Below, piece by piece: positions 16,670 to 25,549 of a stretch of DNA of 64,000 nt. The DNA is from Candidatus Omnitrophota bacterium (GTDB taxonomy: Bacteria > Omnitrophota > Gorgyraeia > B26-G9). Numbering within the stretch: the stretch's first letter is position 1; each line of letters opens with the position of its first letter. The position numbers and the translations under genes are program-made. The stretch covers positions 81,293-145,292 of the forward strand of contig JBDRPX010000003.1 of NCBI GenBank assembly GCA_043826565.1. Reading direction: 5' to 3'. The notes under the pieces were generated by a model. That model saw only the letters and a program-made list of their open reading frames with translations, was not told the DNA's origin and ran no database searches.

Positions 16670-18355
16670 ATGAGAAAAAAAGTTATTTTTATAATTCTTC
16701 TGATTATTATATTATTTCATGTGGGGAATAATATAAGGTATTTATCTTTATGTCCGTTAGCTGAGGGGAAAGACAGTTATGCTCATGTGTATATATTTAT
16801 GGGGTTTTTACACTTGATTTCAACAGGTCAAGATGAGTTATGCTCCATTACTAGGACGAACTGGATAAAAAGTATAAGCGATATTTCAGCGGATTATCCA
16901 CCATTTTTTTATTTTGTTGCTTTGTTAATGCAGCTAATGGGGAGCTTTATAATAAATAATGGTGCTTTGTTTACTTCGACACTGGCATTTGCTGTTTTAT
17001 TATTTAGTGTTTATAAATTAGGTTCTATTAGGGATGAACAAACGGGTGCTTTAGCCGCACTAATATGTTCTTTATACCCGATTATATTTGTGAGCTCTCG
17101 TCATTTTAATATTGAAATGACACTTGCGGCAATGGTTAGTCTTGGGGTATGGATTTTATATAAAACAGATTTTTTTGAAAACCGAATCTTTTCAATTTGT
17201 CTGGGGGTGATTGTTGGGCTAGGCATGCTTACAAAACAAACATTTTTTATGTATCTTTTAGGGCCGTTTTCTTTTATGTGTTTATTAAGTTTAAAAAAGG
17301 ATACAGAGAAGTGTGTTTCTTTGCGCAAGGAGAATATCCTGAGAGCACTTACTGTAGCTGCGGCTTTGGCAGCCCTTTTTTATCTTAATAAAAATATGTG
17401 GGTTAGTATGATTAACCGGTCACAGTTTTCCGGAGGAGCACTAGGAGATAATTTATTATCTTGGGGACACATTTTTTACTATATTCGCTCTCTAGAGACT
17501 CTTTTAGAACCAGTTTTCTTAGTTGTTTTTATACTATCTTTATTTATGATAAGAAAATCTAAAGAGTTTTTTTTACAGATATTGATGCTGTGGTTAATTG
17601 TTCCATTTTGCTTATTTATGTTTTTCAAACTAAAGTATGCGGAATATGCAATTGCTTATTTGCCCGCAATGGCTCTTATCTCAGCGCAGGGGATATTAAG
17701 TATTAATAATAAACTTTCGAGAAATTTAATAATAGTATTTATTGTAGTGGCGGGTTTATCTAATTTTTTTATGATTAGTAACGGCCGGAAAACGTTTTTC
17801 TATGCAAGATGCTACGCGGAGAATCCAATAGTCAACATAATAGATCATGAAAAATTTCAGGATACCAAAGATGCTGCTACTTTTGAAAAAGTAGCGAAAC
17901 AAATAGGTAATTCTAATGTGCTTGTTGGAGTTTTTTACGATGATGCCGGAGGTAAATTCCCCGCGTATTTAATTAGGAAAGTTTTCGCTCATAGTGCAAA
18001 AAAATCAAAGATTATTGACTTTTTTAATTGTGTGCCGGGATTCTTTGACTCTCTGGAATTGTTTGATATTATGATTTTTGTGACATGCTCTGAAAAGGAC
18101 TGGATAGATAAGGAGTCTTTTAGATATTTTATTGAAAAAGTTAATAAAGTGAATTTTAGTAAACTTTACTTATCTGAAGATAAAAATGTTTTCCAGCAGC
18201 AAATTGTAGGTATGAATAGGGTGCAGATTCCGGTAAAAGATTTAGAAAGATTAATTACTATGAAAGATGAGAATTTCACGAAACTGTATTCTATGGAATT
18301 TGATGATGGGATTGCTCAAAAAGTGTACATATATAAGAGGGTAGAGAGAAGATGA
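16670..18355 (+). CDS. Polytopic membrane protein, GT-C-like glycosyltransferase
   Basis: 561 aa, more than 10 hydrophobic segments, 'DYPPFFYF' loop, large C-terminal soluble domain. Immediately follows the CBM-like gene (2-nt gap). Confidence 0.5.
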   Translation: MRKKVIFIILLIIILFHVGNNIRYLSLCPLAEGKDSYAHVYIFMGFLHLISTGQDELCSITRTNWIKSISDISADYPPFFYFVALLMQLMGSFIINNGALFTSTLAFAVLLFSVYKLGSIRDEQTGALAALICSLYPIIFVSSRHFNIEMTLAAMVSLGVWILYKTDFFENRIFSICLGVIVGLGMLTKQTFFMYLLGPFSFMCLLSLKKDTEKCVSLRKENILRALTVAAALAALFYLNKNMWVSMINRSQFSGGALGDNLLSWGHIFYYIRSLETLLEPVFLVVFILSLFMIRKSKEFFLQILMLWLIVPFCLFMFFKLKYAEYAIAYLPAMALISAQGILSINNKLSRNLIIVFIVVAGLSNFFMISNGRKTFFYARCYAENPIVNIIDHEKFQDTKDAATFEKVAKQIGNSNVLVGVFYDDAGGKFPAYLIRKVFAHSAKKSKIIDFFNCVPGFFDSLELFDIMIFVTCSEKDWIDKESFRYFIEKVNKVNFSKLYLSEDKNVFQQQIVGMNRVQIPVKDLERLITMKDENFTKLYSMEFDDGIAQKVYIYKRVERR

Positions 18356-19407
18356 ACGCATTGCTTTCTCAGGCAAATAATCTATTTGTTTTTTCTAAAT
18401 TATTTTCTGCTTCACATATTATAAATAAAATGTTTAATATTCCGATCACCGTGAATATGCTGATCACTTCTAAGTGCAATCTGCATTGTGGGATTTGCTC
18501 GGCTCGGGATATGCTGGATACAGATACGGATCTTACCTATGAGCAGATAGGGGAATTTATTAATACGATATTCAAATGCTCCCCGGCAGTATTTATCGGC
18601 GGAGGTGAGCCTTTTTTAAGGAAAGATATCTTTGATATCCTTGAGTGCTTAAAAAAAAACCGGCTTAAGTATGGGATTGTTACTAATGGGACAGTGCTGA
18701 ATCAGAAGAAAATTGACCGCTTGTTTACGGTTACCCCCGAGGTTTTGATATTTTCGATATACGGCCCGAAAGTGCTTCATGAGTCAATGACCGGTATGCC
18801 CGATTCTTTTGATCGGATTTCGGATAATATAAAATATGCGGTAAAAAAGAATAAAACAAAGATAATTTTGAATTGTGTTATCAATGAAAGCAACTATGAA
18901 CATCTTGAGGAATGTATATTGCTGGGGCAGGAGTTTGGCGTTGCCCAGGTCCGTTTTGAACATCTTATTTTTGTAACGGAGAAAGAATATGAAGCGCATA
19001 TTTCTGTATGTAAGGATAAATTTTCTGAAGAAGAATGTAAGCTTACGACCAATGTGCAGAATATCGATAACCCGGAAATGGGACAGGTATTAAAAGATGA
19101 GATTTTTCGTTTGCAAAAGAAATTCAGAAAATTTGTTTTATTTAAACCATATCTTAATAAAAATGAATTGTCGGGGTGGTATAATGACGGTTTTAAATTT
19201 AATCGGAATTGTTCATTCATCAGGCACTCTGTTTTTATTAAACACAACGGAGATATTATCCCCTGTCAGTTTTTATCAAATTATGTTTTAGGAAATATAA
19301 AAAAAAATGATCTCATTGAAACCTGGCGGGGAAGAAAAAAGAAACAATTTGATGCGGTGCTTAAGAAAGGTATTTTGCCCGGATGTGTGCGGTGCTGTAA
19401 ACTTTAG
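18352..19407 (+). CDS. Radical SAM protein with SPASM/twitch C-terminal Cys cluster
   Basis: 'ITSKCNLHCGICS' CxxxCxxC. 'GGGEPFL'. C-terminal 'CSFIRH...GDIIPCQF...LPGCVRCC'. Confidence 0.8.
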   Translation: MNALLSQANNLFVFSKLFSASHIINKMFNIPITVNMLITSKCNLHCGICSARDMLDTDTDLTYEQIGEFINTIFKCSPAVFIGGGEPFLRKDIFDILECLKKNRLKYGIVTNGTVLNQKKIDRLFTVTPEVLIFSIYGPKVLHESMTGMPDSFDRISDNIKYAVKKNKTKIILNCVINESNYEHLEECILLGQEFGVAQVRFEHLIFVTEKEYEAHISVCKDKFSEEECKLTTNVQNIDNPEMGQVLKDEIFRLQKKFRKFVLFKPYLNKNELSGWYNDGFKFNRNCSFIRHSVFIKHNGDIIPCQFLSNYVLGNIKKNDLIETWRGRKKKQFDAVLKKGILPGCVRCCKL

Positions 19408-19432
19408 CTTTGTCTGCCGTAGGCAGACAAAG
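19408..19432 (+). terminator. Perfect 11-bp stem / 3-nt loop hairpin directly after the stop codon (no U-tract)
   Basis: ctttgtctgcc-gta-ggcagacaaag. Followed by 'gagtagagagtagc', which also occurs at 14147. Confidence 0.4.
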
Positions 19433-19472
19433 AGCAGCGAGTAGAGAGTAGCTAGAAAAGAGAAAAGCAGAG

Positions 19473-20021
19473 ATGTTATTAGACAAAAGTTATAAGAAAT
19501 TAAAAGAAATATTTCAGGCGCATATGCTGGTAAAAGCAGATACGAGAATTCTGGATATCGGCTGCGGACGGAGAGGGAATTTTGCTTGTCTTCCCCGAGA
19601 GGTATATACGGGAATAGATGTAGAGCTTAACAAAAAAAACAGAGATGACGGTAATTATTTTCTAATGGATGCAAAAAAGCTTGTTTTTGAAGATAAATAT
19701 TTCGATTATATGATCTCGACCAGCTTTTTTCATCATCTTTCCGACGCGGAATGCGCAGCTGTTTGTGAACAGATAAAAGCTAAGCTGAAAGCCGACGGGA
19801 CAGTGGTAATTGCTGATGGAATATATCCGGAATCAAAACTTAATATTCCCGGGTGGCTGATTCGTTCTCTTGACCGGGGAAGGTATGTTAGACGCAGAAA
19901 TTCGTTTAGGAATATGTTTTTAAAGGACTTTGTTATCGAAAAGGAATATTATTTTGTCGATAAGATTTTCGCTTATAGTGTATTGATATTAAAAAATAAA
20001 AGTATGGATAATGAAAATTAA
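19473..20021 (+). CDS. Class I SAM-dependent methyltransferase (small)
   Basis: Motif I 'ILDIGCGRRGN'. 182 aa. 'TVVIADG' (motif II/III-like). Confidence 0.6.
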   Translation: MLLDKSYKKLKEIFQAHMLVKADTRILDIGCGRRGNFACLPREVYTGIDVELNKKNRDDGNYFLMDAKKLVFEDKYFDYMISTSFFHHLSDAECAAVCEQIKAKLKADGTVVIADGIYPESKLNIPGWLIRSLDRGRYVRRRNSFRNMFLKDFVIEKEYYFVDKIFAYSVLILKNKSMDNEN

Positions 20022-21426
20022 CAGCAAAAATATTAAAAAGATAACCATTGCCGCCGTGATCGTCTGTGCGGTACTTATTCGGCTGCTATTTTTGATGTCT
20101 TCGGATAACTTTCATGGTATTGCCGCAGGGAAGGTTATTGAAGCACAAAGATTAATTAATAATCCTTTAGATGCGAGAAGATGGATTTCGCCAGCTCACG
20201 GTCCGGTACATATGTATCTGATTGCTATTGCTTTGAAATTATTTGGACATCCTTTACTGGTACCGCGTTTGCTTAGTTTGCTTCTGGGCTGTCTCTCAAT
20301 ATGGTTTTATTATGGTTTCTTAAGGATAGTATTTAATGATGAAGTAGCCATGACTTCTGCGGCAATCGCGGCTTTTTTCCCTTTGCATATTATCTATAGT
20401 GTTTTATCTACCGCGGAAACAGCATTTTTAGGATTTCTTTTTGCCGGTTTATTTGTTTTTTTTAAATATCGGCATTCAGATAATGACACCGGGATCTTTT
20501 GGGCAGCGATATTGTTGGGTATGGCGAGTATGTGCCGTTTTGAAGGCGGATTATTTATTATCCTAATCTCAGTATTCCTTTTTAAAAAATGGAAAAGGGC
20601 TCTTTTTTTCTTTGCCAGTGCTTCCATTTTCCCGCTGGTATGGATAATATCCAATTATGTTTTTTTTGGTGATTTTTTCTATTTTCTTAATGCCAGTGAT
20701 GCTGTGGTAGCCAGGGAGTTTGGCGGATTAAATCTTTTTGGGGGAGAGATTACTTTCATGAGAAAATTGCTTTACTGGCCCTTATTGCTCAATAGTTATT
20801 TTGGGATAGTGATATTTATTTTAGGTTTTTGCGGACTGATCTATTATGGCCATAGGAAAGGCTATCGCTGCATTACTTTTTTATTTGCTGTTGTGCTTGT
20901 GTTTTTTTCGTTTAAAACCGTGAAGGAGCAATTAGCCTTACAGCCGCGTTATGGTATGAGCCTGGGATTTTTATTTCTTCCGTTTTTCAGCCTTTTCTTT
21001 TTGGATATTTTTAAACGTTTTTCTTTTAAGAAGTTTTTTGCCGTTGTATTCTTTGTTTGTCTGATTTTTCGCGGTGCCTATGTAAGTTTTGTTAGTTTAC
21101 CGCACACTCCGGAGTGGGTTAAACAGGTCGCATTGTTTTTGCATGATAATATCGATCAGGAAAGTAATGATGCCGTGTATTTGGATATCGATAATAATGA
21201 TTTTAAAGAACCGATTAAAATCCTTTCGGATATCGGGGTGGAAAGATTTGTTGATTTTGAAGGATATGGAAGCCATGTAGAACTGCTTAGTCCTTCAGAT
21301 CAAGAAAAAGTACGGTATATAGTTCTTGTTGCCAAGGAAAAAGAACTCCTAAATCTTAAAGAGATCTTCCGGATAGAAGATTGTAAGGTGTATGAAATTA
21401 ATAAAACAGAAAGAAACGGTGCTTAA
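20011..21426 (+). CDS. GT-C fold membrane glycosyltransferase (ArnT/PMT-like, family 39/83-like)
   Basis: 471 aa polytopic. Periplasmic-loop 'PAHGPVHMYL'. Paralogous to 21392..22933 ('HGIAAG' near the N-terminus in both). Confidence 0.55.
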   Translation: MKINSKNIKKITIAAVIVCAVLIRLLFLMSSDNFHGIAAGKVIEAQRLINNPLDARRWISPAHGPVHMYLIAIALKLFGHPLLVPRLLSLLLGCLSIWFYYGFLRIVFNDEVAMTSAAIAAFFPLHIIYSVLSTAETAFLGFLFAGLFVFFKYRHSDNDTGIFWAAILLGMASMCRFEGGLFIILISVFLFKKWKRALFFFASASIFPLVWIISNYVFFGDFFYFLNASDAVVAREFGGLNLFGGEITFMRKLLYWPLLLNSYFGIVIFILGFCGLIYYGHRKGYRCITFLFAVVLVFFSFKTVKEQLALQPRYGMSLGFLFLPFFSLFFLDIFKRFSFKKFFAVVFFVCLIFRGAYVSFVSLPHTPEWVKQVALFLHDNIDQESNDAVYLDIDNNDFKEPIKILSDIGVERFVDFEGYGSHVELLSPSDQEKVRYIVLVAKEKELLNLKEIFRIEDCKVYEINKTERNGA

Positions 21427-22933
21427 AATAATGAAACTATGGATTAAGCAGAATAAAGATTTGCTGATTATGTTCTCACTATTTGCGCTGAGTTTTACTC
21501 TGAGAAGTCTACTGTTGATTAATACCGATGATTCTCATGGTATTGCTGCCGGCCGTGCTCTTATTGCCGATTGTTTTTTAAAAAATCCGTTAGACTGGAA
21601 AATTTTGTTTAATCCGGTACATCCTCCGCTGCATTTGCTTTCCTTGGTTTGCGGGCTGAGAATATACGATGATCCTTTATTAGTTCCTCGTGTCATTAGT
21701 CTGCTTTGGGGGAGTTTATTTGTTTTTCCGTTTTTTTATTTTGTTAAAGAATCGTTTAATCGGCGTATTGCCGCTTTTTCCGGTATTGCTGTTGCTTTAT
21801 ACTCGGAACATATTGTTTATAGTATTATCGGTACTTCGGAGACGATGTTTAATTTTTTATTGTTCTCCGGGTTAGCACTATATTGTTTGTTCAAAAAAAA
21901 ATCGAGTATAAAGATGCTGTTTTTTTCTGCGGTGTGCATCGGACTTTCTTGTTTATGCCGGTATGAAGGGATATTATTCATACCAATAATTGCTTTTTTT
22001 CTAAGGGATAAACCAAAGGATCTGGGTTTATTTTTGTTTATTTCAATTATTCCCGTAGGAGTGTGGTCTTTTATAAACTTAAATATTAGCGGTAATCCGA
22101 TCACTTTTCTTAGCACAAACGATATTACGGTGCCTTTGCAGTATAATTGGCTCAGGAGCGGAGGTTTAGATATTTCCTTGATATATAAGCTCTTATTCTG
22201 GCCGCGATGCTTGATTGATACGATGGGAATTCTTATGTTTGTATTTGGTATCGCCGGAGTCTGCTTGTGTGTGTGTGTGCGTAAAAAAGTTTTTCCTTCA
22301 GTGTTATTTTTACTATTGTTTCTAATTTTTGTAATTAGAACGGTCCAGGAACAATTATATCTCCAGCCAAGATATTCAATAATTTTGGGGCTTATGCTTA
22401 TTCCGTTTAGTTTGTTTGCTTTTTTTGCGGGAGTTCGATACTTAAAACAGGAGAAATTAGTAATATTGGTCTGGATTCTGCTGGGGGCGATGATTGCACC
22501 CATCGGAGAAAGGGTATTGGCGGAACCTCTTTATGTGCCGGAATTTGTAAAAGATATTGGTAAATATGTCGGAGATAATTTTTCGGGAAATGGTCATATT
22601 CTGGTAGATCATTGCGGAGATGAGAATTTCCGGGAACCGATAAAATTATGGAGTAAAATCAATCCTTGTTATTTTATTATTCCTCCTTATGAATATGCCA
22701 GTGATGGAAGCAGGGTAGTGGTAGATTCAAGACGTTTTTTTGAAGTATTGCATGATTATCGTGTTTCTATGCTTGTCTATTCATCTGGCGGAGGGCTGGG
22801 TAGACTGCTTAATTTTGAAAAGGACAAAAAGAATTATCTTAAAGAGGGGTTTTTGTTTAAATTAGATTTTGCGCGCGGGCCCTATGATGTATATACAGTT
22901 AAAGAGGTATCGGATAATGATCAGGATATGTAG
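21392..22933 (+). CDS. GT-C fold membrane glycosyltransferase (ArnT/PMT-like); the start may instead be ATG 21431
   Basis: 513 aa polytopic. 'DDSHGIAAGRAL'. 'NPVHPPLHLL'. Contains (TG)7 at 22266-22279. Confidence 0.55.
   Translation: MKLIKQKETVLKIMKLWIKQNKDLLIMFSLFALSFTLRSLLLINTDDSHGIAAGRALIADCFLKNPLDWKILFNPVHPPLHLLSLVCGLRIYDDPLLVPRVISLLWGSLFVFPFFYFVKESFNRRIAAFSGIAVALYSEHIVYSIIGTSETMFNFLLFSGLALYCLFKKKSSIKMLFFSAVCIGLSCLCRYEGILFIPIIAFFLRDKPKDLGLFLFISIIPVGVWSFINLNISGNPITFLSTNDITVPLQYNWLRSGGLDISLIYKLLFWPRCLIDTMGILMFVFGIAGVCLCVCVRKKVFPSVLFLLLFLIFVIRTVQEQLYLQPRYSIILGLMLIPFSLFAFFAGVRYLKQEKLVILVWILLGAMIAPIGERVLAEPLYVPEFVKDIGKYVGDNFSGNGHILVDHCGDENFREPIKLWSKINPCYFIIPPYEYASDGSRVVVDSRRFFEVLHDYRVSMLVYSSGGGLGRLLNFEKDKKNYLKEGFLFKLDFARGPYDVYTVKEVSDNDQDM
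22266..22279 (+). repeat. (TG)7 dinucleotide simple sequence repeat inside the coding sequence
   Basis: 'cttgtgtgtgtgtgtgcg' encodes 'CVCVCVR'. Confidence 0.9.
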
Positions 22934-24146
22934 AGCAAGAGTATTATTTTCCCGGAGTATGCTGGCTGCTTTCTTAACCGGTTCTTTTAAAGGTGAGAGA
23001 GCTAAAGTAAGGGTGATAAAACAGTTTGAAGATAACTTTGCCCTATATCTGGGGGTAAAATATGCTGTAGCTGTTTCTTCCGGGAAAATTGCCTTGTATA
23101 TCTGTTTAAAAATATTGAAAGCAAAAGACAAAGATGAGATTATTCTTCCCTCATATACAGTTCCGGAAGTCGTGGATGTTATTATTGCTTGCGGGTTACG
23201 TCCGGTATTTGTAGATATAAGTTTAGAGCACGGGACAATGAACGCTGAGTTAGTTGAAAAAATGATCGGAGAACGAACAAAGTTTATCTTAATGACGCAT
23301 ATGTATGGGAACCCTTGTAATATTGAGGCAATTTTGCAACTAAGCCAAAAGTATGACCTGACGGTTATTGAGGATGCGGCCCAGGCTTGCGGAACTGAGT
23401 ATCAGGGGAAGAAAGCCGGTACGTTTGGCAAATTGGGATATTTTAGTTTTGGTATTTTGAAAAATCTTAATACTCTTGGCGGCGGCATGATCGTTACCGA
23501 TGATGAAGTATTAGCCGGTTCCATAAGGACATATATAAGTGATTTTAAGCCAATCCGAAAATTTGAACTTATGAAACGGTTTGTTACGGCCTTAAGTTTA
23601 TCAATGGCAACTCATCCGATAGTTTTCTCTTTATTGGTTTATCCGGCCATGTATTTTTCCGGATATGGACGTAAAAATAATGCGGATAATTTTCTAAAAC
23701 AGCCTTTATTAACACCGGAGAAAGTCGAGGAACTGAAAATGCTTTATTCCGGGGAACAGGCCGCGATGGGATTAGTCCAGATATTATATCTGGATGCGCT
23801 CAATAGTAAGAAGATTGAGAATGCGGATATATTAAATCGCTATCTCTGCGGGCATGATAAAATTAGGATTTTTCAGGAAAATCAGGGCCGGAGGAATATA
23901 TATCTTAATTATGTAATAATGGTTAAAGGCAGAGATGAATTAATTAAGCATCTTTTTTGTAAAGGTATTGACCTCAGTCCGGGGTTTGTTGTCTCTTGTG
24001 CTCATTTGCAACGGTTTAGAGAGTTTTTCAATGATTGCCCAAACAGCAAAGCATTGGAAGATAACAACCTTTATATACCAATATATTCTCCGCTTAAAAA
24101 AAATCATATGTTACGTATTTCTGAGGGGATTAGAACGTGGGGATGA
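22917..24146 (+). CDS. DegT/DnrJ/EryC1/StrS-family PLP-dependent sugar aminotransferase
   Basis: 'YLGVKYAVAVSSGKIALYICL'. 'IEDAAQACG'. Lys in 'FSFGILKNLNTLGGGM' is at the PLP-lysine position. Start chosen at ATG 22917 (AAGAGG 9 nt upstream); the ORF track extends to TTG 22869. Confidence 0.7.
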   Translation: MIRICRARVLFSRSMLAAFLTGSFKGERAKVRVIKQFEDNFALYLGVKYAVAVSSGKIALYICLKILKAKDKDEIILPSYTVPEVVDVIIACGLRPVFVDISLEHGTMNAELVEKMIGERTKFILMTHMYGNPCNIEAILQLSQKYDLTVIEDAAQACGTEYQGKKAGTFGKLGYFSFGILKNLNTLGGGMIVTDDEVLAGSIRTYISDFKPIRKFELMKRFVTALSLSMATHPIVFSLLVYPAMYFSGYGRKNNADNFLKQPLLTPEKVEELKMLYSGEQAAMGLVQILYLDALNSKKIENADILNRYLCGHDKIRIFQENQGRRNIYLNYVIMVKGRDELIKHLFCKGIDLSPGFVVSCAHLQRFREFFNDCPNSKALEDNNLYIPIYSPLKKNHMLRISEGIRTWG

Positions 24147-25549
24147 GAAAGATTAAACAGGAAAATACATTGTATGAATTATTACTGCAGAATAATAATG
24201 CTGTTGCTGTGGGGATATTTTTGTCCGCGTTTTTTATCCGGCTAGGAGCAATACTGTTTCTTGATAATTTTCAAGGGCCGGAGCCGATGCTTAATCTGAT
24301 TACGTCACTCCATGTTTTTTATGATCCGTCGCTATCGGGTAATATTAATTTTTTACATTTACCGTTTTATCTCTACTCCCTGGCTTTGGCAGTTTCCTTA
24401 GGCGCAGAACAACTCGTTGTCGCGAGATTTATGAGCTTGTTGTTCGGATGTTTATCGGTGGTTTTCTTTTATTATTTAGTTAGATTGTTATTTGATAATA
24501 AACGGGCATTACTTTCGGCGGTATTCTTATGCTGTTTTCCGACGCATATTATTAAGAGTATTATCACGGTGCCTGATGTTATCGGATTGTGTTTGATTGC
24601 CGGGGGCTTGTGCTTTGCTTTAGAAAAGAAAATCATTTTCTCCGCGGGGTTATGCGGGCTGGCCTGCGGCTATTATTATCTGGCCTGGATTTGCTTTCCG
24701 GTTATTAGTGTGTTTATTTTGTTAAGGAAAAACTTGGCTAAGAGTATTAATATAAAAGACTTTTTATTGTTTTTGGCAATTACTGTTGTTGTCCCGCTTC
24801 TCTGGTTACTGCTTTTAAGAGGAGAGTATGGAAATGATTTTCTTTTTTTACATAACTTATTTACGGAAAAGTCAGTTTTAAAATATATATATGCGTTTAT
24901 GATTAATGCCCGCAAGATCAGCTGCCTTATAACAGAGAATTTAACGATTTTAGGAGTCGGCTTGGGGGTGATTGGAATGGGCTTTAATATCTTAAAGCGT
25001 AAACATTATGAATCGGTTTTGTTTCTGGGGATGATATTTTTGTGCCTATGTATCGGGATGTTTCATCCGGATATTCCGATTCTTAAGCCGGGAGCGTTTT
25101 TTCTGTCGATGTTTATGATCCCTTTTGTTATTGAGGGCGCGATTTGCTTGGTTGATCGGGTTAGAATTAAAAGCAAGGGGTTGAGAAGTTTATTGTTTAT
25201 CTGCTTATTATTGGTAATTTTTTTACAGGGAGCCCAGACAAAGACAATGATCCCAAAAGAGATTAAACAAGCTAGTAAGTGGTTAAAAGAGAATGTTAGT
25301 CAAAATGATATTATTTTTATCGAAAAAGACGATGTTGGTTATTACAGTACAGTGATTATGCTTAGTGGTTTGCCGCAGGGCAATTTTTATCATTTGGACA
25401 GGGACCACCACATAACCCCGGCGCATTATGGTTTTGATGAATGCGCGTATCTTGTTGTTTTTGATAACTTAAATTTCTGGAAAGTAAAAGGAGCAGTTAA
25501 TCGCGGAATGAGTTTTGGTATGTGTGTAATATTTGAGGTTAATAAATAA
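24137..25549 (+). CDS. Polytopic membrane protein, GT-C-like
   Basis: 470 aa with ~12 hydrophobic segments. N-terminal 'AVGIFLSAFFIRLGAILFL' is similar to the 20011/21392 architecture. Confidence 0.45.
   Translation: MGMRKIKQENTLYELLLQNNNAVAVGIFLSAFFIRLGAILFLDNFQGPEPMLNLITSLHVFYDPSLSGNINFLHLPFYLYSLALAVSLGAEQLVVARFMSLLFGCLSVVFFYYLVRLLFDNKRALLSAVFLCCFPTHIIKSIITVPDVIGLCLIAGGLCFALEKKIIFSAGLCGLACGYYYLAWICFPVISVFILLRKNLAKSINIKDFLLFLAITVVVPLLWLLLLRGEYGNDFLFLHNLFTEKSVLKYIYAFMINARKISCLITENLTILGVGLGVIGMGFNILKRKHYESVLFLGMIFLCLCIGMFHPDIPILKPGAFFLSMFMIPFVIEGAICLVDRVRIKSKGLRSLLFICLLLVIFLQGAQTKTMIPKEIKQASKWLKENVSQNDIIFIEKDDVGYYSTVIMLSGLPQGNFYHLDRDHHITPAHYGFDECAYLVVFDNLNFWKVKGAVNRGMSFGMCVIFEVNK

Noticed and set aside
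18651-18659. Poly-A homopolymer tracts (A8-A9) inside several CDS (18651, ~32633, ~38397, ~38573, ~62772) as slippage sites
   Set aside because: They are common in AT-rich genomes where Lys (AAA) codons abound, and there is no evidence they are special. Noted only as a sequencing-error caveat.
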